DNA from: Cenococcum geophilum | Taxonomy: Eukaryota | Direction: 5' to 3' | DNA: 64,000 nt | Assembly (NCBI GenBank): GCA_050273025.1 | Contig: CP158635.1 | Span: 7,316,001 to 7,380,000 of the forward strand | Shown here: in pieces, positions 1-14,234 of the stretch | Layout of the letters: each line of letters begins with the position of its first letter | Position numbering within the stretch: position 1 is the first letter of the stretch | Notes under the pieces: model-generated | Told to the model about the DNA's origin: nothing | The model's input: only the letters and a program-made list of their open reading frames with translations | Database searches by the model: none | Position numbers and translations under genes: made by a program

Positions 1-2107
1 TAAATAAGTATATTCTTAAGGTTATTAAGCCTAACGCCTAATTTATTTATATTTATAATATAAAATAAAAACGGAGTGTTTATAGGGATAATATAGAAAG
101 TGATATATCCTAAGGGGGTTTAGACCCTAATTATGCTAAAAGAGATTATAGTACCCTTACCAAAACAAATCGTGTGTTGGCCTACTGTTAAATAGTTAAT
201 CTAAATAGAGCTATTAAGCTACTAAAGGGCTTAAACTTAAGGTTCTCCTACTATAGATACTCCTGCGGCTCTAGTATCCGGCATAATACTATAGAAGACG
301 TTCGCTAAGTATCTGTCGTTAAAGGAAAACGCGGAGCTCTCCTTTAGCTTATTAAAGATATCTAACTTCGTAATAGAATGGAGCGTAGATTAGTCATTAA
401 GAACAGCAACGGTTTATATACTATTTACCTCACCATACTCAGTAAAGTATTAGTTAGGTAAGTAGTCCTTAATTTCTATATCTATAAGGAGCTGTTTAAC
501 CTTATTAACCTTACCCTTAAGATCTTCTACGCCTTCGTATTAAACTAAAAAGCTTTAAAAGTAGGCCGCAGTAACCTTATAATTTCTAACATTTCTTATA
601 CTCTAACGGAACCTATTATATGCCTTTTTTTGTTTATTAAGGGAGTATCTAGTTAACTAGCAATTTAGCTTCTTATAAACGTAGCACTTCTTTTAGTAAT
701 TACTTTAAAATAAACCTCTACGAGGACCTCTATAATTACCTTATAGTTAATATTAATCGTACCCTCTTCTGTATTCCCTACTACGGCCACTATATATTTG
801 ATTAGTCTAGTTATAATTATATTAGTCAGGAATACTTAGTTAGGTAGGGTTTTCGGTATAAAACTATTAAGATTCTTATATTCGTATTATAGTACCTATA
901 GTAGAGCGTAGCTTAGCATATACTCCTTTAAACGTATCCGCAGGTTTATATAGCGCTAAGTTATACTTAGGAACGCCACAGTATGCTAAGATAACCTAGT
1001 CCCTTAGGCTGTTCTTATTTTAGTAAGTTTTGGTAAAGCCATATTAGATTTTCTAGAGTTTATTAAAGAGTAGTTAAAGGTACTCTAAATAAGTCTTTAT
1101 TAGGTTAAAAGCAATAACTCTTTAGAACGTAGTTTCCCGCCATTCGGATATATAAAGTTGGCGATTCTTATTAGTCTTAAAGTGAGCTTTAGTAAGCTAA
1201 AGCATTACATTAAAGCTATAGTTTTTACCTATAATATAGTTGTAATAGAATATTGCTACCCATCCCTTTAATATAATAGAGAAAGTGTGGTGGTACTAGT
1301 AGTATTAAATTCTAACCTTATTGCAACAGTTATAAAAGACCTATAGTTTTACTCTAAGTATATTATACAGTTCTCCTCTAAACTTCTTTTCTTCGTCTAA
1401 GTATACCTTTATTAGATTCGTAACTTCTTATAGTAAAGGGTTACCGGTTAGCTGGAGTAGAAAAGCTAGAGGCAGCGGTAGAGGATAAGTACCTCTAGGT
1501 GGGAGAGTAGCGTTCTAGGGGTTTTGTTTTAAATTAAAGTTGCCTTTTAAAGAATATGGGTTAGTTCTAAGTTTCCGTAGTTAACGTATAATCTTAGCTT
1601 CTATCTATACTGGTTCTTCTATACTAATAATAACGGCCTAAATATTGCTAGCGATTGGGTTACTATTCTTAGTAATATATACCCCGTTCCTACGGAGGAA
1701 GTCTTAAAAATCCTAAACAATATTAATATTGCTAAGTGCCCAGGTGTTAGCGGTCCATCCTATAAAATCCTCCCTAAAATATTCCCATAGCTGTATATTG
1801 GCGTAGTATCTACTTTAGTAGAATATAATACGGTGTAGGAGAAAGCTATTAACTTATTTTGCGGTATAAGTTATTATATTAAAGGTAAATTCGTCCTAAT
1901 TTTCATTAATAAGTTTCGCGTATAAAGCTACCCCTAGTAGTAAGGAGTCTTCCCAGTCGTTTAAAGTAGGTGTAGCTATATTTTTAGAGGGAGGGAAGTG
2001 TTATTGGTATAGAGATTGTCGTTTAGTACGCGTTCGTAATATATATTTATTATTTAGTACGCGTTCGTCGTTTAGTACGCGTTTATAACGTATATTTATA
2101 ATTATAG

Positions 2108-2276
2108 GGCTTAGGACCAGTTCTGGCCTTAAATCGCGAAGACTTATAAAGCGTGTTGTTCTGCATAATAGACGCAAGAATCCGTAATCTTAGAAAGGCT
2201 TAGGACCAGTTCTGGCCTTTAGATCCTTAGATTTATGGAAGAGTTCTATTTAAGGTTTAGGACCAGTTCTAACCTT
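2108..2276. repeat. Three dispersed copies of GGCTTAGGACCAGTTCTGGCCTT in the Copia 5' leader
   Basis: Copies start at about 2108, 2197 and 2254; the third has RIP-type changes. Confidence 0.8.
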
Positions 2277-2384
2277 AAAAAACAGCTCCCTTTAGCACGA
2301 GTAGCACTAGTACAGTGGCTTATCTCTTCTTAGTGGAATACCTAGCTGCTCTATAGTATAACAGTGAAGTTAACCACTAATTAG

Positions 2385-2594
2385 TATTGGTTACACAAGG
2401 TAATATCGCGTAGCTACGGTTCGTAGATAGTATAATAATTGTTGTTCTTCTTAATATCCTTAAAGAAAGGGGTAAGGAACTTAAGGTTCCTTACCACGCT
2501 AGTGCCGCGGCGGCACGTGACGGCAACTTGCCGTATGTAACGGCAACTTGCTACACGTGACGGCAATATGCCTTATATACCTTTATTCCCAACA
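2385..2594 (-). repeat. 5' LTR of the Copia element (inner boundary approximate)
   Basis: TGTTGG start on the minus strand and internal GACGGCAA(C/T)TTGC repeats; no second LTR in the window to fix the inner end. Confidence 0.55.
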
Positions 2595-2788
2595 CCTAAA
2601 AATCTATCTATTTAGATTTTTGTTTAATAAAGAATTAGTCTAAATAAATATACTTTAAAGTTAAAGAAGTGTAAAAAAAGAGTGTTTTATATACAAATTC
2701 GCTTAAATTTTATAATACCTAACTTTATAGTATATTTATCTAAGCTAATTCTTTATTAAATAAAAATCTAAATAGGTAGATTTTTAGG
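2595..2788. repeat. Foldback inverted repeat, about 68-bp arms (MITE-like remnant)
   Basis: 2595-2662 (cctaaaaatctatctatttagattttt...) is near-complementary to 2721-2788 (...aaaaatctaaataggtagatttttagg). Confidence 0.75.
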
Positions 2789-3979
2789 AATACTATTTGT
2801 TTTTAATTATTAATTTTTTTAGAATAAATTTATAATTTATAGTAGTAGAAATTATACTGCGAATATGGTGAGTTTTGGTGTGAAATCGCTTAGACGCAAA
2901 GACTTTTGTCCTGTGGCTGTACCTCCTACCCTTCCGGCACTATTATTAAGCCTAATATACCCCATAATATGTTGCCTAGTTAGACTAGCTACAGTACTAA
3001 TTACTAAGGCAGTAGGCCTAATAATGTTAGCAACCCTAATAGCGGTATAGATAGCGGGATTAATATAAATAAGTGCTATAATGGATATAGTAGAGTTAAT
3101 ATAGGTAAAGATAGCGATATAGATAATAAAATTAATATAGCTTTAGGTGGTAATAGGGATAATCAGAATGGTGTAAGTAAGGGGGGCAATAAATATAATA
3201 GAGTGGACGTAGGTAATAATACTAGCGTAAATAGTGGAGAAGATATAGATAAGGATAGTGGCGTTAGTAATAATTTTAAAAATAATACCTATAAGCTAGT
3301 CTTTAAAGGTATAAAATCGCGGAATTAGAAACGTACTATTAATATACTATATCTCTAGAATTATAAACAGTTAATAGTTGCGGTTAAGCTATTTAGAAAG
3401 ACGCCTAGGGCTAAACCTAATATAAGTCTTTAGTATACTATTAGAAAAGAGATTAAGTTAGTACTATTTAATAATAAAGATCTAGATATCTTTAGAATAA
3501 AAGTAATAGAGGGGTAAGGTAAGGCAAATGCTTTATAGTCTATAATAGGTTTAGAGGAGTAGCTATTCTATAGAGTAGTTATAATATAAATATATGTTTA
3601 AAGGTATATTGTGGCAATCTATAGCAATTTATAGCAATCTGTAGCAATCTGTAATAGTATATTAAAACTTAAAAAATTATATATATAGTAACCTAGTTAT
3701 TACGCGATATAAATACTATACGATTTATATAATTTTTATAATTAGTACGATTTATATATATTATACTAATAGTACGCTTTTTATTTATAGAGTAGGGGAT
3801 ACATGGTATCAGATTAGTGCTTAGGCGTTTTGCTGCGGTTTGCTTATAAATACTGCAAACTTGCTACGGAATGTGCGGTTTGCGCAAACCGATAACCACT
3901 ATATACCACTGCCGCGATCGTGCAGTTTGCGGCAATTTGCCGCAAACTGCAACAATACGCCCAAAAAAATTTCCTGATG

Positions 3980-4800
3980 TTATAACTCTATATACTAAGT
4001 CTTAGGCAGTATAAACCCTATTAGCTTTTACTAATATTCTAATTAATACCTAGTCTGTTACTAATAAGGGTCTAAACATACTAAAATAGGACGTCTTTAA
4101 TATAATATTAAAACCTAGTAATATATTACCTCTAGTTACTAAGCTATTTCTTTAAACCAATAGTAAAGCTATAGAGTAATTAGAACTTAAAGCCCTATAA
4201 TAACTAAAGGATTTTAACCTTATAACGGTCTTCCTAATATCTATATATATACTAAGAAGTTATAAAATCTATAGTATTATCTAATTTTATACTTAAAGTA
4301 ATATAAAATAAAATAGCTTTTACCTAGAAACTATTTAAAAGGTTAATAGATTTTATCTATAAGATACAATAGAGGGGCGCCTCTTATACTACCTTTAATA
4401 TAGAAGTAAACTAGAAATGTAATAGAAAGAAAGCTACTAGGTATTATTATTAGGAACTAGACCTAATAGGCCTACTATATAGATATAGTAAAGTTTAGGT
4501 GCTTAAGAAGTAAATCTATAATAAAAGATTCTTATTAAAAATTATAATAATCCTTTAAGTGGCTACTATGGTCTAACTAAAATAATAGGGCTACTTTAAT
4601 ATAAATACTATTAGCTAAAGCTTAAATAGGAAGTAAGGGAGCGTATTGGCTATTATAAGAAGTATTAGGTATATAAAATCTATGGGTATAAGCTATAGGG
4701 TTTACTTAAATTAGTTCCTCCTATTAGCAAGCTATAGCAATATTACGCTATAGACTTTATTACGGATCTTCCGCTATTTAAGAATAGGTAAGAATAAATA
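3980..4800 (+). mobile_element. Ty3/Gypsy pol fragment (integrase zinc-binding region), RIPed
   Basis: About 4550-4775 translates PLSGYYGLTKIIGLL*YKYY*LKLK*EV...YAIDFITDLP, the RIPed form of GHxG..KT..LL.RKYYWP...MDFITDLP. Confidence 0.75.
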
Positions 4801-7328
4801 TATTATTGTTAATTCTATTTAACGTCTAATGCGGTCCCTATTTAGGTTTATATAGACTAATACCATAATATAGGTATAAAAAACCTTTAAGGCAGATATA
4901 AGAGGTAATACAGTATATACCCCACTAGGTAGCATGCCCGTACTACGTTAATAGGAGGAAAAATACCATTAGGTCACTGCTTTAAGACTTCTATAAAGGA
5001 GTGTCCTAATTACCTATTTTATCCTATTTGCTATTTATATTATACTTTTACTTAATTATAGATTGCCGTAAGCTTGCCGTAAGGTTTTATATACCTACCC
5101 TTACTCCTATTTAAATGCCCTATATATATACGCCTACAGTACTCCTACTTATAGTATAATTTTTACCCTAAAGAAATAGTAGGATAAATTTAAACTAAAA
5201 TAGAACTAAGTATTTTATCCTAGGGCCCTAACCTAGGTCCCTTATTCCCTATCTTCTATATCTAATAAGTATGCTTAGCTTAGTACTAGTAGTAGGGGTA
5301 CATTAAGCCCCTATACTTAAGTACTAAAATATAGCTGAGTAGATTAAGGCGTAGAGAAAGACGGAATACTACGAAGTAAGTCTAGGCTATTAAGTAGGGT
5401 AGGGAATAAGAGGCTTATTATATGCTTCTTAGGCCGTATATAGTTCGTTCGGTTACTATACCGTATAGGTACTATATTATAGTTATATACTATATAGAAG
5501 GAAGGGAGAAAAGGGGGGGGCGCCGAAGGTAAATACCGTGTTTTAAATAAATAATTAGAATGTATATAAAGACGTAGGTAGCTATATCGAGTTCTTATTA
5601 GGGCTTACCCTCCGAGTGAAATTTTTTTCACAATACTACTATATTGCCGCGTCCGCGCTGCGCCGCCGTATATATATCTCTACGTTTGTTCTGGTAGTCT
5701 ATTAATATAATCTTAATAAAATGCCAATGGCTGTCTGCTAGGTTCCTAGGCTCTACCGCGTAGAGGTATAAAGGCTGATTTTTATAGAGCCTAGACCTAT
5801 TAATTATTAAAGAAGCTTAATATAAGATACCTAAGTCCCTTTTAAATTTTAAAAAAAATTAGTAAGCTAGCCTACTATCTCTAACTACCTTTATCTATAG
5901 CCCGTATATATCTAGTATTTTAAATAAATATACTAGAGCTATAGTATAGACTATCGCTAGAAAAGAACTTATATTTAGGTCTAATTAAATACCTTAAAGT
6001 AAGAGGCAAGCGATATAAGGTTAAAGCAATACTACGCTATAAGCCTATTAAAAATAAGCTTTAATATAAAGTTAAATAGCTAGGCTAGCCTATTAAGGAC
6101 TCTATATAGGAACTAGAGGACTATCTTAATTACTATAAAGATATTTTAAAAGAATATTAGGACTAAATTATATAGTCTATAAATTATAGAAAGCGCCCTA
6201 ATACTATAATGTTATTATAATCTATAAAGAAAGCTTATAGTAGGCCGTAAGAGGCCCTAAAGAGTATAAAAATAGTTTAAATCAGATATAGAACAGATAA
6301 GCTCCGAAAACTATAAGGATTAGGGCTACGGCCTAAGGCAGAATACGTCCTTTACTTTTTACGTATATAATATAGAATGTAATAGGGTATTTTGCTAAAA
6401 TTGCATTTCTATTAATTAGTCTATACTAGAAATAGTGTTTCTATAAGCTTATAAGTTCTTTCTAAAAGCCTTATAAGGCCTCTCTAAGCACTAATTAAGA
6501 TCTTTAATTACCACTATATATAAGAATAAATCACAAATTCTATAAGTCTAAGCTATAAATACATAGTCTAAAAGCCACTACGCCTTATCTTTAGAAGTAG
6601 GATTAGTATCTATTAGCCTATTAAGTAATAGCTAATAGGAATAAAATCCCTTTATAGGAGTGTAAGTAGGTATAAAAATAGGGGTAAGATAATAAGATGT
6701 AGCAGAAGCAGAGATTCTTAAACGCTTAACACTAATATTAGGTCTAAACTAATACTGATAAAGCTCTTAAGGCGTAAGCTTATAGTTTATAAAGATATAC
6801 TTAAGCCAAAAATAAACAGATATATTAGCTGGTTAGTATAACTTAGAACTACTAAGACCTTATTATAGTAACTATTAGTTACCTATCTGCTAGGTACCTA
6901 AGGAGTAACCTATCTAATAGTGTACTATATTATGCTCTTTAGAAACCTAATATATATAAAAACTTTTTCCTATAGTATATAGCGACCCTCTTTTTATTAC
7001 CCCTATTATTTACCCTATCCTTAATATACTAGCCTTACTCTTTTATTAAGCGCTACTAGCTAGCTTACTAGAAGTTATTGGCAGTATAAATAGCTGTAGT
7101 ATAGTTTTAAATTTAACTATGTTATTTAGTATTAGCGCTAGAATAAAAAAGAGCCTAGGCGATATAGTAGTTAAGGATATTAAAGGTATGTTACTACTTA
7201 GGCCTAGGCTGTTAAGACCTAAAGTTAGTAATGGAAAACCATCTAAAAGATAGGAAAGCTTACCTTAATATAACTACCACTCTTAATACGTATACACTAA
7301 TTATAAAGACTAAAGATATTAGACCTTA
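4800..7328. other. Unclassified RIP-degraded repeat DNA
   Basis: Very AT-rich, TpA-rich and CpA/TpG-poor; no ORF of 60 aa or more; no motif recognised. Confidence 0.5.
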
Positions 7329-8670
7329 TGTTACGGCACTAGTAGAAACTAGTAGATTATAGCTAATAGATATTGGTAGATTATAGCGGACAGTTGCAGA
7401 CAGTCGTAGATAGTTTTATACAGTTTTAGACAGTTGCCGTTACGTAACTAGAGGATTATATATAACGTTAAGCGGCGCCGCCCTTTATCTCCTTTCCTTT
7501 TTCTAGCTTTAGATCCTCGTTTATAGACTACTAATTATATAGGCTTGCGCGTCCCTCTTGCCGTGCTTATGCCTTAATTAACTAAGTTGCTAATATTATC
7601 TAAAGCTTGTCTACTCTTCTTCCTAAAAAGGAACTTTAAAAAATATCTACGGACCACAAATAAGAATAGAACATAGAAATAGACCTAAAGACTATTACTA
7701 GAACTCGAAGAATAAAATAGAACTAGAAGAATAGAAAAGAATAATAAGACCTATAGAACACGTATAGACCAGAACCCCTATAAAATTCTATTAAAAGCTA
7801 CCCTAATAACTATATTACTATACTAAGAACTATAGCGGCTGGTAAAGCAGCTATAGGACCCTTAAATACCTCCAATAGTAAAACAGCAACTAACTTAAAC
7901 TCCTAGGTAGAGCTTGTAGCAGCTAATGCTAAAATTAAATAACTTCGAGAGCTGCTTAAAGCTAGAGAACCCCTTATACTTAGTAAAGAGTTATTAGATA
8001 TCTAGAGACTTTCTATAGTCCTTAAGGCCTAATATATAGTATTAGCATCGTTGCGGTCCGCGAAGGTTATAGACCCCCTATTACTTATAGACGGAACCGA
8101 CCCTATATTTAATAATTAGAAGCTTTAATTATAGGATAAGCTTAAAGTTAATACGGATTACTTCCCTACTACTTAGGCTAAAATAGCCTATGTCTTTAGC
8201 CGTACTGGCGGGGATATATAGACGCACCTACGTCTATAATACGTATAGGACTTAGCAGATCTCTTCCTCTTTGGAGAAGAGATAATTATATACCTATCTT
8301 TTATCTATAAGGACCCCTTTAAAGTATAAAACGCCCGACTTAATTATAAAAGCCTAAATATAAAAACGATAGAGACCTTTTTAGCCTTTTAGACCCGCTT
8401 TCTGCACCTAGCTAGCTAGGCTTAAATTTCCTAGGAAGATCTAATACTAGACCTATTTAATAAGCTTACCCTAGACCTACAGCGAGCCGTATTACTAGTT
8501 CTTACTACTATATAGACGCTAAAGAAACTTATAGATTAGTGCTTAGCTATTAACTAAGGCCTCCACTAAATTAAGGCACGCGCCAAATGGTATAAAGCCA
8601 GAAACCCTTTAAATTAGACTATAAGCAATATAAGAATGGCCCACAATGCCCTAATATAATTGGCAACCCC

Positions 8671-9039
8671 TATTACGGGACACCCCCGTGACACCTTATA
8701 CACGTCTACCTATTTCCACCGACCTAGCAACTAGAGACTAACCACGAGACGGCAATTTACGGCAATCTGACGGCAATCTGTTATATTCTGCCATATTCTG
8801 CTATATTCTGCTAAGTTTTACTAAATCCTGCTAAGTTCTGCTAGGACTATTACTTAAATCCTATTCTACTCTATATACGTATTAACTAAGCAACCAAGCT
8901 AATAATATATACCCTTTCTTTCCATTTTCCTGCCTTCTCTCCTTACGTAACGTTTTAACCTTACTATATAGTTTATATACATAGCTTAATAATATCTACT
9001 TTACTATATATTATCGTCGCTTATACTCACTCTATAATA
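8671..9039 (+). repeat. 5' LTR of Gypsy element B
   Basis: Direct repeat of 14837-15205; differences are mostly C>T/G>A; TG..CA ends RIPed to TA..TA. Confidence 0.95.
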
Positions 9040-10079
9040 CTACGTTGCGTTAACTACTTACACTACTACCTAAAATGGAAAACGCATCTAAAGCCCCCGT
9101 AACGGCCACTAATATTATATCCATCCTCTAAGAACAAATAGTAAGCATATAGAAGTCCTTTATAGAGGCCCTTAAATAATAACAAGTTGCCTTAACCTAA
9201 TAGTAAGCTAAGCAAGAAGCACGGCATTAAAAAATAATGGAAGCCCTCTAAGAGGAAGTCTGTACCCTTAAGATGCTTATGCTAAAACCCTAAGACCGAA
9301 TACTATTGCTAGAGGCTTATACACAAAACGCGAGCCCTAAACCTACAGCAGCTGTCCACCCTAAACTAACTACTATACTATAACGATCTAAACGGTTACC
9401 TAACCCCCTAATATTTACTAGTAAATAATAAGAACTCTAATTATTTCTAAGCTAGCTTAAGAATAAATTAACTAGAAATGCTAACCGCTACCTAACTAAA
9501 GCTAACTGACTCTATTACGCCCTAAGTTAACTAGGAGGAAAGGTAGCTAACCTTATTAAACCCCTTTAGCCAAACTTAGTACAAAGCCTAGTTATACTTC
9601 TTAAAGCTATATATAGTGACCTAAACCGCTAAGCTACCGCTTAGAGAAAGATAAACTATATAGCTTAGGGAATAAAGAGTTTCCTAGTATACTTCTCTAA
9701 ATTTAACCATTACGCAAGGGAAATAGGCTAGAACAATTCCGCACTAATTAATAGCCTTATTAAATTATTAAGCCCTAAACTAAAAACCTCCCTAATAAGC
9801 GTAGACCTACTAGGAGCTATTAATGCCTACACAAACGTTATTAATAAATGGTATAATAATATACTACGCCTAATACCAAAACACGCCCCTTAATATAATA
9901 CGGCAACCCTATAAATATTTACTAAGTTATTATCTCAGCCTAAGCACCCTAACGCCATAGATATTAACACTAAAACGCTAGGATACGCCCTACTAGGGTC
10001 CTTTAAACGAGAATGACGCATTAAACTAGGCCTCTACTTTAAATATAGAAGTAACTCCCACCTCTCTAACTACTGCTTT

Positions 10080-10223
10080 TGTTATGCCCAAGCCCAACCC
10101 ACTTGACCATACAAACCACCAAAAAGGTAGCAGCAGTGTCTCGCGACTGGACGGGCTGCCGGTTGGAATGCCTTATAAGCTCTCCAGCCCATACCGCAGG
10201 TATGGGTAGCGCATCGCATGACA
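10080..10223. mobile_element. Solo LTR (144 bp) inserted at the end of the gag zinc knuckle of element B
   Basis: TGTTATGC...GCATGACA termini; 5-bp TSD GCTTT at 10075-10079 and 10224-10228; retains CA/TG unlike its flanks. Confidence 0.85.
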
Positions 10224-13200
10224 GCTTTGCCCCTATACCCAAATATAATTTATAAACGGCTAATACTAATAACCGTTTACCGCACCGATCTTCTAGTTAC
10301 TATCCCCAATCTTTACCTGGTTCCAGCCGTATATCTAGTAAGTACCGTTTATAAGGACAAAGCTCTAACCAACGCTCTATAAAAACTCCGCCCTAATTAC
10401 CTCTAAAAGAAAGGTCCTAGAGCTAAGTCGCTCTCCGGGACGGCTTTGCCTTAGGATCTTGTTAAATACTTTAGATGTTATAAACTCTAACTCTTAGGAT
10501 TGTAGTATAACCGTTAACTATTATCTCCGGTAAAATAATTAACGAGTTAATACTTAAGTCTTAATTAATATAGGAGCTAGCGGTATAGGATTTATTAATA
10601 AGATCTTTATATAAGAAAATGGTTTTACCCTAACCCCCCTTAACCGGCATATTAACGTATTTGGATTTAATAGCAAACGTACTATCTTAGGCCGTATTAC
10701 CTATATAGTAGCCCTAAGACTCCAATACCTAAATTATAAAGAACTGATTAAGCTTTTTATTACTACCTTAGGTTACCTAGTAATCCTTAAACAACCCTGG
10801 ATAAAGCTATATAAGGTGACTATTAATTAAGACAACCTTAAGCTTCTATTTACCGCCTCCTATTATAAGCAGAAATGCCTTATAACATACCGCCTTAACC
10901 CTAAACTAAAATCTAGAAAATCTACCAAGATCTACCAGCCTAAGATTTCTACTAATATTTACCCTACACCTAAGGAATCCATCAGATTCCACTAACCTAA
11001 GAATTCCACCGAATTCCACCGACATGAAAATTACATTAATATCCACTAAAGATCTGGATTTTCTACTGAACCCTATAAACCGGCCCTAACTACTACGCCG
11101 CCCCGAACTAAGCAGAAGCTTAATACATAAAAATACTAGAAGGACTAGTATTCTACTATAAAAAGGATTCTCAAAGAACCTAAACCTAAATCTAACACTG
11201 ACTTCGTACCTAACACCGAACCTAAACCTAAATAAGAAACTATAGACAATCTAAGCAAGCTTGGCACCCTAGATATTTATATAATTAGAGCTACCCCGCT
11301 AGCGTGACTCGCTAAAAAACCTAAATATACGATCTTCGCTATCACTATAGCTGATATTAAGAAGGCCTTAGTACTAAAGAAGCACACTAACCCTGCTATA
11401 AAGGTACCAGTAGAATACTATAACCGCCTAGAGGTATTCTTACGGAAGGAAGCCGATAAGCTACTGGAATACCGATTATACGACTATAAGATTATACTAG
11501 AAGAAGGAAAGCAGCCTAGATTTAGACCCCTATATAGGATGTCCTAAAATAAACTTTAAGTGCTATAGAAGTATCTAGACGAGAACCTAAGCAAAGGATT
11601 TATTAGAGCAAGCTCTTTACCTATAGCCGTACTAGTCATCTTTATTAAGAAACCAGGTAGCGGACTGCGCTTCTATATAGACTACCAAGCTCTTAATACC
11701 GTTACTATTAAGAACCGATACTTAATTTCGTTAATATAGGAAACACTAAACTAATTAAGCAAGGCTTGCTACTATATAAAGCTTAACATTATCTCTGCGT
11801 TTAACCGCCTTTATATAGCAAAGGGAGATAAATGGCTTACTGCATTTCGTACTCGGTATGGATTATTTAAATACTTAGTAACGCTATTTAGCCTTACAAA
11901 CGCTCCGAGCTCGTTTTAATATTACGTAAATAATACCCTACGCCCCTACCTAGACATCTTTTATACTACTTATATTAATAATATCTTAATATACAGTAAT
12001 AACCTAACCAAATATTGGAAATACGTTAACCTTATCCTATAAGCCCTATATAAAACTAGTCTCTAATTAGATATAGATAAATGCAAGTTTTATAAAACGG
12101 AAGTTCTATACCTTAGGCTTCTTATTTCTATAAATAGCATATAAATGGACCTAAAGAAAATTAAAGTAATTATAAACTAGTAAAAACCTAAGAACGTTAA
12201 GGACGTAAGAGCCTTTATAGAATTTGCCAATTTCTACTAACGGTTTATTAACAACTTCTCCGCCCTAGTTTTACCCCTTATAGCTCTAACCTAAAAGGAT
12301 AAAGCCTTTATCTTTAATAAGGAATATAAGAAGGCCTTTATTTATTTAAAGGTTATATTTACTACCGCGCCTATACTCTAATACTTTAACCTAAACTAAA
12401 TAAGTGTTATAGAAGCTAACTTATCCAACTATGTTACTAGAGGCATCCTATCTTAATATAATAAAGAGGGAGTATTGCACCCTATAGTATACTACTTAAA
12501 ATAACTAAGCCTAGCTAAATATAACTATAATATCTATAATAAGGAATTACTGGCTATTATTAGATACTTTAAGTAATGGCGACCCGAACTAGAAGGCGCT
12601 AAATTCCTAATTAAGGTCCTTAGTAATTATAAGAACCTATAGTACTTTACAATTATAAAACAGCTAAGCTACCGTTAGGCCCGCTAGTTAGAATACCTAT
12701 CTCGTTTCCAATTCTCAATTATATACCGCCTAGGCGTTTAAGGCTAGAAGCCTAATACCCTAACCCAACGCTCATAAGACGCGCTAATACTAGAAGAGGC
12801 ACGTTCTTACTAAAATTAGACTCTACTTTATCCTAAACTATTTAACCCCCCTACTAAAGATCTTATAGTATAAGTCCTTAAAATAACTGATTGATTAATT
12901 AAACAAATTATAACTAATAAATACCTAAATGACGAGTTTATCTAAGAGACGCTTAAGCTAATTTAAGATAGCGTTAGACGCTCTAAGAAGATCTCTTTAA
13001 GTAAATATAAAGCTCGCGGAAACCGCTTATATTACTAAAACCGTCTAGTTATCCCTAATTATAATAAACTTAGGCTTAAGCTCCTTAAACACGTATACGA
13101 CTTATTAGTAGCCAGTCACCTAGGCTAAGGAAAAACCCTAGAGCTACTCTAACGGGAGTACTACTGGCTAAATATGTATAATATAATATAAAGGTATATC

Positions 13201-14234
13201 TTTAGCTGTTATATCTACTAATAAGCTAAAGCTTTATATAAGATATATAACGGCCTTTTAAAGCCACTACCTGTTCCGGACTGAAGATAAAAGGATATTT
13301 TAATTAACTTTATTATTAACCTCCCCGTAAGTAAGGGCTGCATAAATATTATAGTAGTTATAGACCGGCTATTTAAGATAAGACACTTAATCGCCTGCCC
13401 TAATATATTAATACCTACTATCGCCTAACTGTTCCTAAATTATATATAAAAACTCTACGGACTCCCTAAAATAATTATCTCTAATAGAGGCAGCTAGTTT
13501 ATCTCTATATTCTAGAAAAAACTAACTACCCAACTCCGTATTAAAGCACTATTGTTTATAGTATACTATTTAGAAATAGATGGTTAAACGGAATGTATAA
13601 ACGCTATAATGGAATAGTATATTTGGATATATACGTTGTACTTATAAGATAACTGGATTAACTGGCTTGTATTTACTAAGTTTACCGTAAATAATTCCGT
13701 CTCGGAAACTATAAAGGTCTCCCTATTTCTGGCTAACTACGGCTAGTATCTATAAATAGGTTTTAAACCCTTTAGTAATATTCCTTGCCCTACCCGCTAT
13801 ACCTTATAAGTTATAAAAGTAAATAAATTTGTAAAGAAAATGGAGGAACTATAATAGTTTCTTACTAACAAAATAATATAGGCTTAATCTGTCTATAAAG
13901 CTATAGCGAATAAGAAATAAACCCTAGCACCGGCCTACTAAATTAGTAACTTTATTTGGCTAGATATAAGAAATCTAAATATAAAACAACCTGCTAAGAA
14001 GCTTAATTGGAAGAACGCTGGCGCTTATAAGGTCGAGAAGGTTATTTCCTCCTACGCCTACCGATTAAAGCTTCCTGATACGGTTAAAATCCACCCTATA
14101 TTCCACACGTTAGTCCTCTACCCCGCTACTTTTACATTAGACGCCCTGCCCGGATAGATATAAGACCCTCCCCTACCAGTTAAAGTAGATGGTGAGAATA
14201 AGTACTTTATTAAAAGAATTAATAATATTAAGTA

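Larger units (their letters stand above)
1..2594 (-). mobile_element. Ty1/Copia LTR retrotransposon, 5' half (LTR, gag, protease), RIP-inactivated; continues beyond the window start
   Basis: Minus strand begins TGTTGGGAAT at 2594. Minus translation near 640-700 gives KKCYVYKKLNC*LTRY (de-RIPed KKCYVCKKPNCWSTRH zinc knuckle). Near 200-300 it gives IMPDTRAAGVSIVGEP*V*AL (DTGAA..STAG..Q..AL protease motif of fungal Copia polyproteins). Many TAA/TAG stops. Confidence 0.8.
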
